Below are positions 23,250 through 37,598 of a stretch of 64,000 nucleotides of DNA, in pieces. Numbering within the stretch: the stretch's first letter is position 1; every line of letters starts with the position of its first letter. The DNA lies in contig OZ176057.1 of the NCBI GenBank assembly GCA_964247055.1, forward strand, positions 4,712,001 to 4,776,000, given 5' to 3'. Position numbers and translations under genes: made by a program. The notes beneath the pieces were generated by a model. It did no database searches, had not been told where the DNA came from, and was given only the letters and a program-made list of their open reading frames with translations. The DNA is from Paragordius varius (lineage: Eukaryota > Animalia > Nematomorpha).

Positions 23250-24763
23250 CAGTCATGTAGACTTTATTTTATCAAAAATTTACTTTTTTTGGTTAAATGG
23301 GTGTTAATATTTGGTAAAGTATAAAAACAAGAGCTACATATCATATTCCTTAAAAAAGTAAAAGAGTGTGGGGGAAGGGCGTCAGAAATCTTTGGTAAAA
23401 AATGAAATCTTAAAATATTGTTGATGGGGAATGGTAATATTTTTGTAAATTTTCAGCAATTTTTATTAATTTTTTTGCTAAAATTTTTATTTAACATCTA
23501 GATTCAAATTGTATCTAAATATACCCCAGACTAAATTTGAGTTAGGATTTTTAAAAAACTAGTGAAAGAAGTGTTCCCACTTTAAATTTATGCTTCTTTC
23601 CTAATGAAAATTATATAAATATGCCAAAATATCTAAATAAAATTTTGTTTTGAAAAAAAGTTTTATGTCAAACTACTATACAAAATATTTGCAAAATGTC
23701 GTCATTTAGTGTTAAGGGTAAATTTAAAGCTAATTTTTTTAATCACATCTAACAATAGAAATAGAAAAAGCGATTTATTTTGTATTTTTTAATTTTACCA
23801 TTCCACACATATCACGTTGACTAAATTTTTACCTTTTGGTTTTAGCTAAAAAATGAATGTTATCTAACTGTCAAACAAAACATATTAACCACTTAATTAT
23901 ATATTTTCATATATAGGTAAAAAAATATTTATTATAGTTATTTTAATAGGATATCACAATAAATAAAACAAATATATAATGGACAAAATATAAGGATGTA
24001 ATCAATTGTGTATATATATAAGGGAAAACATAAGAAATGAATATGGATTATATAGCGTTTATTGTCTAAATCATCTACAAAATGACGAGACGATAATTCC
24101 TGATTTCTGGGATTCCGAAAATTTTGTAGGCCTTACACTTTTTTCATCTGACCATATATGATATATTAAAATTAACAAAAACGGTACTTTTCTTTTTTCC
24201 TCTACCGTTTAATGAAGCCGTCATATTTTCATTCCCGATCTCATTAACACCCAAAGTCAAAATGAAAAAAAACATCGTTGCCGGGCAACTATTTAGTGTG
24301 GTTATATTTTCGTCAATATTATCTGAATCTAACATTATAAAGGAAAAAAAACATCAAGGACATCAGGACAAGTCTCTACTATCAATTCATTCCGTCGATC
24401 TTATAAACACCTAGTCTAAACGAAAAAAAACATCGTTGTCAGTCACAATAGTTTGTGTTTGTCTTATACCAGCGTCAAAATATTCTGAATCTAACATTAT
24501 AAAGAAAAAGAATACCCGCAATACCAAGGTTACATCCTAACGAAATTGAATCATTTATTTAATATAGCATCTATCGTGAATATCCCTTTTAAAATCGTTC
24601 CCATATCAAAACAAAAAAATTATAATTGATATAGAAATTACGATTTTCCTAACCCTTTTATACAAAGTGAAGGGTTAGTAGTTAAGTTATAATCTTTACC
24701 AAATATTAAAACGCAACTAACGAAAAAAAGTAAATTTTTGATAAAATAAGATCTACATGACTG
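23250..24763 (-). mobile_element. Tc1/IS630-like TIR element copy 2 (same orientation as copy 1)
   Basis: CAGTCATGTAG left TIR; right TIR shortened to ~70 bp and ending CTACATGACTG; internally collinear with 16267-17908, with a deletion in the HTH ORF and an internal duplication (~24200-24520). Confidence 0.85.
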
Positions 24764-24904
24764 TATTTTAATATTTTTTCCTTGTTTATTGCCGTATTTC
24801 GGGAGATTTATTCAAAAAAATTGTTAAAAAAATCAATTTTACTTAGATTTCGTAAAAATTTGTATTGGAAATTTCTCGCAGGCTTAGAAATATCATAAAT
24901 AGAC

Positions 24905-25205
24905 CAGTGATACTCAAACCGCGGCCCACAGCCGATGCGGCCCTAAGAGCGCCTTATTGCTCTTTGACCATATTGATACTTAAATTATTTTTTTATTGAT
25001 GAATTTGTGTAAAATACACTTAAACGAATTTTCACTCATATTATTTTCTTTATATTTAATTTTGGTAATTGTTATTTTTTACCCAATTCGAAATGGAGAA
25101 AAATTTCCCTACATTAAAATGATTTTAAAATTTCGGCGCACGTTGTTTCTGTATTCTATTTTCTTTTCTATTTTGAAATCATTCTTTTTTGTATTTAAGC
25201 AAGCC
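24905..25205 (+). mobile_element. hAT-type element left end (truncated copy of 29984-30277)
   Basis: Starts CAGTGATACTCAAACCGCGGCCC; ~300 bp collinear with the left end of the hAT at 29984. Confidence 0.65.
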
Positions 25206-25221
25206 TTTTACCCAAACTTGC

Positions 25222-25254
<33 letters not shown>

Positions 25255-25799
25255 CAATATGCATTTTAATGTATGTTCAGTAATTTTATTGCCAGTCGAA
25301 TAACATAAATGGTTTATCCAATGCGTAAAATGACCCACGAAATTATTTCGTAGTACACATATGAAAGAGGATTGAGGTGGGAATTAACATTGGCTTTAAT
25401 TTGATGGATTTGTAGTTAAATTTTGAGAATATTATAGCAATTTATGTTAACATTTGTAATATAGTTGTTACGTTAGATGCGGAATTTTGTGGGTTTTTAT
25501 CTTTGATAAATTAATATAAAATACGTATTTTAAGATATTTTATGTTAATTATTCCTTAATTTAATAATAAATATTTTTAAACATGCTAAATACCTGTATT
25601 AATCAATCTTGGTATTATAATTTTATAATTATTATTAATAATAAAAAAACCTAGGTTAATATATATTTGTAATTTAAGTAGATTTTTGTCTTTAATGTTT
25701 TGCATTGTTAATTATTAATAATATAAGTATTTCAGACATTTTAATCAGGTAGTATTCGGTTTTTAAATTTTATCAATTTAATTTTTATTGTAACATTGT

Positions 25800-26950
25800 T
25801 AATAATCAATTACTACATATTTTGGACCTTTTAATAAATACAGGTAAAAATTGCGGTTTTTAACAAATTTAGTTTTTTTTTGTTTTTTAGGTTTTGCATT
25901 GTTAATTGTAATTATTTACTAGATATTTTGGACATTATTATAACAGGTGAAAATTGCGGTTTTTAACAAATTTAGTAAACAATTAGATTTTTTTGTTTTT
26001 TAGGTTTTGCAATGTTATTGTAATTAATTACTACATATTTTGGACATTATTATAAATACAGGTAAAAATTGCGGTTTTTAACAAATATAAAAATTTAATT
26101 TGTTTTGTTTATTCATTGTTAATTGTAATTAATTACTACATATTTTGGACATTAAAATAAATACAGGTAAAAATTGCGGTTTTTAACAAATTTAGTAAAA
26201 ATTTAGTTTTTTTTGTTTTTTTAGGTTTTGCATTGTTATTGTAATTAATTACTACATATTTTGGACATATTATAAATACAGGTAAAAATTGCGGTTTTTA
26301 ACAAATATAAAAATTTAATTTGTTTTGTTTATTCATTGTTAATTGTAATTAATTACTACATATTTTGGACATTTAAATAAATACAGGTAAAAATTGCGGT
26401 TTTTAACAAATTTAGTAAAAATTTAGTTTTTTTTGTTTTTTTAGGTTTTGCATTGTTATTGTAATTAATTACTATATTTTGGACATATTATAAATACAGG
26501 TAAAAATTGCGGTTATTAAATAAAAATTTAGTTTTTTTTGTTTTTTTAGGTTTTGCATTGTTAATTGTAATTATTTACTACATATTTTGGACATTTTTAT
26601 AACAGGTAAAAATTGCGGTTTTTAACAAATTTAGTAAAAAAAAATTTTTTTGTTTTATAGGATTTTCATTGTTAATTGTAATTAATTACTACATATTTTG
26701 AAATAAATACAGGTAATAATTGCGGGTTTTAACCAAATGTAACATTTTTTGTATTTTGTATCATTGTTATTTAATTAATTACTAATTATTTCGAACATTT
26801 AAAAAACTGGTGTAAATTGCGGTTTTTAAAAAATTAGTAAAATTTTAAATTTTTTGTTCAACCTTGCCAATTTATTTATCACTATAAATTTGTGATACTT
26901 TGATATATACAGGTAAAAATTACTATGATTTGCGGTTTTTAAAAAATTTT
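25800..26950 (+). repeat. ~105/115-bp satellite, about 10 units, dimeric higher-order structure
   Basis: caggtaaaaattgcggttttt recurs at 25841, 25944, 26059, 26164, 26279, 26384, 26497, 26603, 26710. Confidence 0.9.
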
Positions 26951-27739
26951 TTTTTTTGTTTTACATTGATAGCTAATATAAAATATAGTTAACATATCTG
27001 AGCAGGTAATAATGCATGTTACGGTTTTATGTTTGATATTTTATTTTCCAAATCATCTATTTATTTTTTAACAAACACCTTATGTATGTCACCAAAGATT
27101 GAAAATAAAATCATATATAAAACATCTTTTAAAATATTTAAATATCGCCAAATATAAATAAATTTATATAAATTATAAATGTATATTATACAAAATATTC
27201 ATAATATTATGATTAAAAAACATTCTACTTATATTAATACAGGTAATTTGTTTATAACGATGCGGTGTGCGTTTATGATCATATAGATTAAAGAATAATT
27301 AAGATGCAATAATTTAATGCAGATAATCCTGAAAATTTCTATCACCATCATTTTCTAGCTAGATTCTATCAACTAAAATATAAGATAATTAATATATTAG
27401 AAAATTGACTGGATTCTAGAAGTATTTTCAACATAAATTGGGGGAAACGTTCAAAGTTTGAAAGGGAACTCAATAAAGTTGGGTTGGCTTTTTAATAACC
27501 AAATTTGCAAAAAAATTATTTCTTCATGATAAAAAATTCAAATATAATACTTTATGTTTTTTTCGTTCTACCATCCTAAACTATAAATATAAAAAACTAT
27601 TCTTCACCAAAGCAAACAATGTTAGTGTTGACTGCTTAGTTTTTGGAGTGCTGTTGTATTCAAAGCTTTTGAAAATAAATATTTGTTTCTATTTTCTATT
27701 TGACGTCATTGGTATGGTGAAATCATATAAGCCTACGCC

Positions 27740-29730
27740 TCTAAAATAAACCATTTCAAAAAAAGCCGATGCGCGATAACATTTTAATATAAACTAGTAT
27801 TCGACTATATAATAAAAAATAAAACATAATTACATTTTTTCTTAAAATTTGGCAATTTTTTAGCGTATTTTATAATATTCTGGAACGTGATGTAAATAAT
27901 ATATAAATTTAAGATATTACCAATAACTTTTAATATATAATTTGGCAATGCCTAACATTTTTATCACCGAAATTGCGCTTAATCGGGAAAATATTTAGGG
28001 GTCTAAAAATACGTTACTTTTGTAGCCTACGCTTAACATTGGATTTTGGTTTTCAAATATAGTTCATTTCATAACTTAATGATATTTCTAAAAAAAGATT
28101 TTAGCATTCACCAAAAAAATTTATAAATTTGCCTAATATACAACTTTTCGAATATAACGCTTAGCACAAAAGTGAATATAACTCTAAATTATTCGTTAAA
28201 CCTAAAAAACCAAAAGCACAAATTTTGCATTCTCAAAATATATTTAAATCATCAGGATATTTTTATAGGCCTCGATTTTGTGCAATGTGGATATGATTTA
28301 TTAGACGTTTCCAAGGACGATATTAATTTATCATATATTATGTCAATAAATATATTAATATATATGTTATACATCTCTCAAGATTATACTGAAAAGAATC
28401 TCATCCTCGTTGGACTATGAAATATCTGAGGTGCAGGCTGGCTTTAGAGCAAAGAGAAACACTACCAATCATATAGTTAATCTTAATACAAGATACAATG
28501 AATTTGGGAAAAGTCTATATTGCTGCTTTTTAGACTTCAGTATGGCATTTGATACAGTCAATCACGACTGCCTATGGAGAATATTACGATCCTCCGGAGT
28601 TTCCCCGCACATAATACTCCTGCTTCAATCGCTGTATTCTAGACAAACAGCTGCGGTTAAAACTAAATTCGGTCCCACCGAATGGTTTCCTATTCTCAGA
28701 GGTGTGAGACAAGGATGTGTCCTTTCTCCCCTCCTATTTAACTTATACACAGAAACATTAATACGCAATTGTAACTTCCCACAACATATTGGGGCACGGA
28801 TCGGTGGTCTTACTATTTGCAATCTCCGGTACACCGACGACACCATTCTCTTGTCAGAATCTACACGGACATGACCTATCTTTTAAATAATCTCACCATC
28901 GAAGCAAGTTTGATGGGTCTTAAGCTGAACCCAGCTAAATCTAAAATAATCCTAAACGCTCCACAACTAACATTTACAATCAATAACTCCCCCATCGAAC
29001 TAACCGACTGTAAATATCTAGGCTCCATAATTACATCCGACGGTAGCTCGGACCCCGACATACGAGCACGACTAGCATTGGGACGTGCTACTATGGGTAA
29101 ACTGTCCAAAATTTGGAACTCGTCGGTCATAAGACTTCCAACTAAACTTGCCATCCTGAAGGCGATGATATACCCCGTGGCAATTTATGGGTCCGAATCA
29201 TAGATATGCAACTCCATTGACAAAACCCGCATAAACCCTTTTCAAATGTGGTGCTTTCGAAAGATATTGAGAATCTCCTGGAAAGCCCACATCTCCAATT
29301 CTTACATACTCAAATTCATTAAACCCGATTTTTACTTTATTTAATAACCTTTAAACAGCTAAAATATCTGGGTCACATCCTGAGATCCGACTCGCTAGAA
29401 AAAAGCATACTCTTTGGGTTGGTAGATGGCACCCGCAGAAGGGGCCGAACCAAAAAGCGGTGGATCGATGTGCTTAAATCAATAACAAATCTAACCTTTC
29501 ATCAACTGTTGAGAGAATCACAGGATCGCCTAAAATGGAGAACACTAATCTATGAGAAAGCCAAGAGTCAGTATATGACTAGCTTATAACAACAATACAT
29601 ATAATAGTAAAAATTTTGTGAAAAAACAATAAACAGGTAGATTCTTCAATGCTTTTGTCCCAACAAGATCATCAAAATGCAAAAAGTGTGCAGATATTTG
29701 AATCGCCATGAGATCCATTGGCTCAAAATA
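27740..29730. repeat. Second, inverted copy of the foldback element core, interrupted by a LINE
   Basis: 27740-28390 matches the reverse complement of ~5400-5960; homology resumes at ~29597 (cagtaaaaattt...gtagattcttcaat, compare 6300-6355). Confidence 0.7.
28390..29596 (+). mobile_element. 5'-truncated RTE-clade LINE (RT pseudogene)
   Basis: QAGFR, FLDFSMAFD, GVRQGCVLSPLLFNLY, YTDD, KYLGS, YGSES motifs; frameshift at ~28870 and stops; (CAA)n-like tail. Confidence 0.92.
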
Positions 29731-29983
29731 TGTTTTTGAATAGTTTTGGTCAATTTAAATAATTTATTTATTAAATTTAGTTTCATTTAAATTTTATTTA
29801 TTAATAATTGCTTTTGTTTTTAGTTTGTTAATTGTGAAAAACACTATGATGGAAAATTTTAAATATAATTCAATTTAACAAAGTTAACGACAATTTATAT
29901 TATTATTTTTGCTTAAAATTATCAATGAAAATTGTCTAAGTACTTAACTTGACTGTAAAGACACACTAAAGAAGGATTTACAC

Positions 29984-31810
29984 CAGTTATACTCAAACCG
30001 AAGCCCTAAGAGTGCTTTTAAAACCCCATATCACCATATTGTATTTAAATTATTTTTTTATTGATGAATTTTAAAAATTCGCATTAAATTTTTTCTTACT
30101 TTAATATTAATATTTTTTCCTTAGATTTAATTTTGGTAATTTTTACTTTTACCCATGATATGTAGATAAATTTTCAAACATTAAAAGAATTTTAAGATTT
30201 TGGCACACGTTGTTTCTGTTTTTGATTCTATTTTTTTTTATTTTAAAATTTTTCGTCCTTTTTTTGTATTTAAGCAAAACTCAGCAAATGAGGTAAGAAA
30301 CGAAAAATATAAAAAGATTAAAGGTATACCAGAAAAAAATCTATTATGTCCATAGCTTTGTCCCAGGAAAAAGCTGTAACATTAGTTTCTGAAATTAAAT
30401 AGGAAAAAAGATGAAACTATTTACTTTCCAACCAAATGGTTCCTCTTTTTTATTTGATAAATTCCAAAATAAAGATCAAATCTTGAGGTGAATTAACTTC
30501 AACTTTCTGAAAATGTGCTCGACGCATTGAAGATATGTCAATTATATTTTTAAGAATACAACTCTCAAAAACTGATATTTAGTATGCTATTGATTTTAGC
30601 ACTGATACTAGTCCAACACCTAAATGTGCCCTCTTCGTGAGATTTAGCAACGACAACATAATTAAAGAAAAATATAAAAAAATTTTACCAACGAATAATA
30701 CCACGAAAGAAGGTTTCTCGAAATAATTAGCACTTTTTTCGATTATAATGGTATATCTATCAAAAAATTGGTTTCGATCTACACAGATGGTTGTCCCTCT
30801 ATGATTGGAATAACTAAAGGATTAATTCCTCTTTTGAAAAACAAATATTGCAAAATAATATATTCTTCCACTGCTTATTCATCAGCAAAACTTGGTTTCG
30901 CTAGTATAAGATGAAATCACCCAATTTATTAATTAAAACGGTTGTGAATATTATTCACATCCGTGGCAGAAAATTCAACCGCCGTTTATTCAAATTCTGA
31001 ATGATCACAGAGAGTCTGATAATATTATTTTGTACACCGCAGTGCTGGTTAAGCTTTAACAAAGCATTGAATATTTTGTTTTAAGATATAAAATTCTATT
31101 ATTTATAAAAAGATATCACAAAGTTTGAAAAGGAAATCGTGCTACCTTTGCGACATTACTAGTATTATTAATACAAGTCTTCTCAAGCGAAAATAATACA
31201 ATTTGACAATCAAATATTTGCTTTTGAAGAAAAATTAATAATATAACAAGATTTTATAGATAAAAACACTCCTATATTTTCCAGCACTTAAACGATTATG
31301 AAGAAAATATGGAATTTACCGCGGAGATTTATTTAATAATAGCAATCATTTAACATTTTTATTTAATGAGATAAAATTCAGATTCCAAGAATTAAAAATG
31401 TTTAATTATTTAAAACGTGAAAATCCATGGCATATGGATATATCCAATATTATCCAGCTTAAGCATTTTGGTTTTGATCAACGCTATCATTAAAGAATTC
31501 GTAGATTTTAAAAATGAATTCAATTTGGAGACTATCAAGGTGAATCGTAGAAAAAGATGTATTAGAAAATATAAAAATATTGCTCAAGTTATCCAATAAA
31601 AAATCTGCTCAAGTTATCCTATAAAAAATGTGCTCATCCTAACTTTCCAAGAATGCATACAATCGCTTAACTGATGATCATATGGACGACGTATTAAGAT
31701 TAGTCTATGAGGCAAAAACAAATTTGTCAAAAATTTTTGGTTTATACCAAAATAAATATTGTCAAATTTGAATTTTTTAAACTAAATGGTGCATAACGAG
31801 TATCTAGCTG
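29984..31810 (+). mobile_element. Decayed hAT transposon (Buster/SPIN/GTF2IRD2-like)
   Basis: Left end CAGTTATACTCAAAC; transposase remnants RRIEDMS (~30520), AIDFSTD..ALFVRF, VSIYTDGCPSMIG (~30780), and a frameshifted HC..HQQNL; degenerate right end at ~31800. Confidence 0.8.
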
Positions 31811-31879
31811 GATTTACATGCGATCCGCAAAAATTACATTGTGCTGATATAAGATATAAATATGTGCATATGTGTGAAA

Positions 31880-33230
31880 TGGATATGGAAATTTGTCATA
31901 TAAGCCTTTGAGAAACGATATCAAAGAATCATATGGCCTTCTATATTTAGGTGACCGTCTTATTGTTCCTCAAAGCAGAGCCGATATTCTTACTAATCTT
32001 CATAAAGATCACCTTGGTATCCAGTCCATGAAAGCACCATTAAAGCATTAGGTAAGACTGGTGTGTTTTGGCCCAAATTAAACCAGGGTATCGAAAAATG
32101 GGTGCAAGGATGTTCAAGTTGTCAAAAGTCACGGTTTGACATTGCAGTAAGCCCGACTTATAGATGGAACCCGAACACCACCCTTTGGGAACGATAGCAT
32201 CTCGATATAGCGGGGCCCGTACCTCTACTGGGTCATACTTATGGATAACTGCACCTGTTGGGTACAAGTGGCACAGCTTAAAACAGTAAACTCGATCACT
32301 ATTTTGAAAGTTTTCGAAAGTTGGTTTGCACGATACGAAACCCCAGTGATGATCATAACTGATAATGCGTCGTATTTTAAGTCCGATGATTTTGAAAGAA
32401 TATTAAGTTCCTTTAATATCAAGCATGTAGCTTCTGCACCATAGCACTGAGCATGGTTTAGTGAAAAGGGTCATTTAAACCTTGAAAAAACACTATTATA
32501 TGTGTAATTCTGAAGTAGCAGATCCAGAACGCTGGTTAAACCAGGTACTGTGGGCTTACAGGTCAGCACATCACTTTAGTATAAATGAGACACCTGCACG
32601 ACTATTTTTTAAGACAAAAACCGAGACCGCTTTCCTGGATAAAGGAAAAATAAAGGATAATATTGATGGTACCTCAGATAATATACGTGAGTTCGTTCCA
32701 GGTGAGAAAGTGTTTATAAAAAATGAGTTGGAACCCGGTTAGCGAGAGGGAAAAGTTGTAGAGCGGACTGGATTATTGTCCTACAATATCGAAGATAGAG
32801 GGAGGGTTTTACGAAAGCATACGGATCAATTAAGAGGGCGGAAAGAAGGTCCAGATGAACTAAAGATAGCCGACCAGAAAGAATTGGAATCGGAACAACA
32901 GAATAATAATAATGATAATATCATAGCCACTCCCTTTCATGGTCTTCTTATTGATGACAATATCAATAATGATGATACCAATCCTTCCTCGGATATTTGT
33001 CAAGAATTCTACAATAATCAACAAAGTCCAACGGGGATAATATTGCAGAACCCCCAAACCTGAATGAACCATTCGTGGCTATTCTAACAGAAGCCGAAAA
33101 GCCCCTGACAAAGAATTCCAAATCAGCAAAATCTCAACGGGGATAAAATTGCAGAACCCCCAAGCCTGAAGGTATCAGTCGAGATGCTATCCTAATAGAA
33201 GCCGAAAAGCCCCTGAGAGTACCCAAATTA
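31880..33230 (+). mobile_element. Gypsy integrase fragment (pseudogene)
   Basis: YGLLYLGDRLIVP, LHKDHLG, CSSCQKSR zinc finger, ITDNASYF core, LWAYRSAHH, PGEKVFIK, RKHTDQLR; multiple stops. Ends in two ~105-bp direct repeats (33020-33220). Confidence 0.88.
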
Positions 33231-35510
33231 ATTTTAAATTCAGATAAAATATATTTATGTTTAATAACTTAATTGTTTACTTAACTTAATTAACCTTTTT
33301 ATATTAGTTAACTTATGAAAATATATTTTTATCCTTCTCTAATACCTTAATGCATAATCCACTTTTGTCCTTGTTACGCTAAATATGTATATTAATTTGG
33401 TTGTGAATGCTCTCACTCAAATACTGTAATATTGAACCTTAAAATAAATAACTTGGTTGTTAATGCTTTCATATATTGTAATATTTAACTTTGTGCGAAA
33501 ATGCAACCTTGGTCTAACTATATATAATGCCTATTTTATACAGAAAAATACATAATTTTTTATGCTATAATAAATTCTTTTCCCTTTTTACAATCCCATA
33601 TGCTCTCATTGGTTTTTCAAAAAATTGCGTCAAAACTAAAATGTCATTCTATGGTGGCGCATTTTTCATGGCATGAAGGGCTTTAACAGTTAATTTTTAA
33701 TAAAACGCTCGACCTAAACTTTTACCATGTAACGAATATTTTAAGCACATATTAAACTCATATGGCCTGATAGGTACTCAAATTTAGCCCCAATGGCACT
33801 CTGTTTCGATATGAAGGGAGAATTTTTAGCGGGCATCTCCTTACCCAGCAGCAAATATAAGGCATATTATATTTTTGCCTTTTAACAGAGAATACCAGGA
33901 ATGTTCATTAAATTTAGAATAAAAATTTTGTGGACTTGGCTTTTTTGAAAAAATGGCATGTTACGGGCGGATGGGTAAAAAGAAGGCCTAAGTTAAAATA
34001 GCGTGCAAACTAAGTTTAGCGTCGAAAAAAATTAAAAAAAACATATTTTGAATGGTAACATGTTTTCTGGAATAATGTCTCAAAGACACGATTTTTTTGA
34101 ACTTGTTTTTAAATAACCCGTTTTTACACGGGATGGGTCCGATCTGAGGGCCTAATTGAAAACCGGGCGAAGCTATTGTCGGGGGATTCAATTATGATTA
34201 TAATTTTTAGCCATTTGGATTTGATTGGGTCAACCGGTTTTCCGACATATCACACATTTTTTATGAAGATACTTTTTTTAAATTGGAAAAAATTAGTTTA
34301 AGACAAAAACAATTTAATTAAAAATTGTATTTATAATTGAATAAAATTTAATAACCTAAGCAAATATTTAAATAATAAAATAAATAGATGCAAAATTTAT
34401 GGTTAAAAATTTAAAGATTTTAAGACATTCAAGTCATAACCAACTTGAAGTCAAGGACCAACTGGAGGTGTTAAAGGACACTCAAGTGCAAATGATATTA
34501 TTTTAAAATAATGTAATATTTTGTTAAACTTTTTAGAAAAATCAATTTATATTAGTATATATTGAAAAAATTTGTTTCATAAAAGAAAATCCTTAAAGTA
34601 AACGTTTTAAAATCAAATATTTTCATAACCTAAAATTAACTATTTTAGCAAAATTTAAATCTATAAAACTATTTTAAAAATCACTGATTTTGATTTCTTA
34701 ATAGAACCAACTGATTATAGTAAAATGTTTTTAAATATGGTAAAAATTAAATTATACGGACAAAACGTTAAATATAAAGATAATTTATTTTATATGCAAT
34801 AATTCAGCAAAAATTATATAAATTAATTTTCGATTATTACAATTAATCTTAGTCAAACGTAAAAATAAAAATAAAATATAAACTAATAAATTATAAAGTA
34901 TAAAAATATTAAATTTTGATTTATATTTTAATTTTATTTTTACGTTTGACAAATACTTGTAATAATCGAAATAATAAATTTATATAATTTTTGCTATTAT
35001 TGCATATATAATAATACAATCACACTTAAGCGTAAACAATATCCAATAAAGATAATTTTTTTCAAAAAACCTTAATTTTGCTATTAAAATTATAAATAAA
35101 CCTAAAATATTTGATTAATGATGCCAACATACACACCTATTTAGTACTTTGGAGTTTAAAACAATGATTAATTTAAAAATCAGCTTTTAAAAATAATGGT
35201 TTTAATTTAGAATATGTCTTATTTAAATTTTGTCCTAATAATTTTATTTTTATTGTATATGGTAACTTGAGACAAGATTTTTTTGGGGTGGCCTTTTTAT
35301 TTTTTTTAGTGATTAATATTCCTGTATAGCATTGTGATTGAGTCTGAGTATTAAACTGTAGATATGCACGAAAATTAAATCAATACATATTTATTTAATG
35401 AAAAAAAATGCAATACGAGTATTGTGGGCAAAATCATTATTAACAAATCATTTAGCCAATGCATAACATATTTAATTACAAATATATATATCATAATTTC
35501 ATCCCAGCAC

Positions 35511-37558
35511 CTATAATGCTTTAACTTTAACATACCGTTGAAACACATCTCGGCCCTGCCAAACCTTTTTATTATCATTTTGGGTGTTGTCATTATTGTG
35601 TTTAGGGGAATAGTTTAATTCATTACTTGCTTCGTATTCGGATTGGACAACAATTTTTTCTACTATCCAATCCAAAAAGGCACTAATTTTGGTGTACACC
35701 CCAGGCGAAGTTCCACAAGCATGGCCCAATGAAGTCACTCCCAGTAGTGTATATCGATCGGCAACTTCTTTGTGTGCAACCTTTGATTTCGTTTCGTAAC
35801 GGCCATATTGGGCTGATTTCGGTTGCTTTTCTTGTTTAAGTAGCCTACGCAAAAAAACACCAGTTTGCTTTTCATTTCGACCTATACATGCGAGTGGTCC
35901 TCCACTATCCCCCTAAAAATAGAGGGCAAAATGGTTAGAATATAAATTGATTTTTTGATTGATATTGTAAATAGTAGATTTTTTCATCAAAAATTAAAAT
36001 AATATTATTCAAACTGTCAATGATACACATTAATCTGTCCCTTGGTATTTTATTAAAAATGGGTACACTTAACGAGTAGTATGGTATTTTTTATATCATA
36101 AATTTATGTTCCATGAATATGAAAAGAATTTCTTAAAAGTGAACATCAGATGGTCCTTTACTTTTTAAAATATGCACCAGTTGTTAGCGGTATTTTCTTT
36201 TCCTACAGATTGAAAAAATCATTTTGAGGGTTTTCAAACTAATTTCCAGATTCGAAAAGATTTATAATAAAATTTGTTTATATTTTGCCTCAACATCGTA
36301 AAATATTAAATGTGAAATTTCTTGGGGTCTGCAAATGTGTGGATACCGTTGGCTTATTAAAACGGAATTTTTTACAGTTTAAGTCTTATAGGCCTGATTC
36401 GAAAAAAAAGGATATATTATCTTAACATTTTATATGCTGTACACATTTATACTCTTCTTCATATAATTTATATGTTTTTTATGCAAAAAATTTTTTTTAG
36501 TAGAATATGATTGATATAATGAAAAAAAATTAACCGAGTCCTAGTTGAGAACACTATTTTAAAATTTGGGCGTTGCTAAATTATTTTAGTCAAAAATTTT
36601 GTGCGGCAAAGTTAAGCGTTAAAATGTGACCACAATTCTTATAAATGGTTTCTTAAACTATACTTAGGAAAAAAAGGCTTGACAAATTACAAAGGGCCAT
36701 GTGAATGAGATAGATAGCTCAAAATATACTATAATAAATATATCCATATGAGTTAAAAAAGCCTCATTGTCGATTTAAAATTTTTCATCTTAACCATGGT
36801 TATATTGGTCACTACAATATGTATTTATATCATTAAATCCCTGGAATACTCATCATTCACATGGCTAATAAGATTTAATTATAAATTTGAAATTTTTTAA
36901 CATTACCGGGGTTGTAATTTTTATTATGTTGTGTGATCCCTTTGCTTAAGAAACAAAAAAGGACCGCTTACTTTTAAAATCAATCCACCAGATTGCCGTT
37001 AAACGCTTCCCCTTTACTCATAATGTAACCCAATATTTTATAATCAAAAGATTATACTCGACAAGTATCTCGTTTTAAGGATTTATAGCCAGCACATATT
37101 TGATTACTTCGAATAAAGCTGTAACGTTTCTTACATATTCCCTCTGGCACCAATGGTAAACATACTTGCATAAGCTCACTTGCTTCTAAAATAATTTCAG
37201 TACAAAACATTATATTGTTGGATGTTCGCAACTTAATAATGTATATGGGATAAAATTTGGTGTTGCAAAATAGATTCTTAATCCATATACTCTACTGTAT
37301 AGCCAATTCTAAAATAACGTGGTTGACACCAACTTTACTGTGTATACTTATGTAATTCATTCGTTTCATAATTTTTATAAATGTGAATTTGAATGTTAAA
37401 AAATGTTTTTTTGATGCAATAAGAGACAAATATACTTTTGAATTCGGGAACGATACCCCAGCCTGTGGCATAGCATTGCGGATCTTTAATGGGTTTATCT
37501 GAGAATTTTGGGATGCAAATAGGTCGTATCTATTGCCAAAATAAAATTAGCCATAATA

Positions 37559-37598
<40 letters not shown>

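Larger units (their letters stand above)
7775..24900. repeat. Segmental duplication copy A (paralog of 33530-42925), carrying an extra 8.5 kb insert
   Basis: Collinear similarity of exons, introns and flanks: 7775-16266 matches 33530-42797, and 24764-24900 matches 42796-42925. Confidence 0.9.

Noticed and set aside
33240-33530. Possible 3' LTR after the Gypsy integrase fragment
   Set aside because: No clear polypurine tract or TG...CA ends, and only weak similarity to the other LTR.
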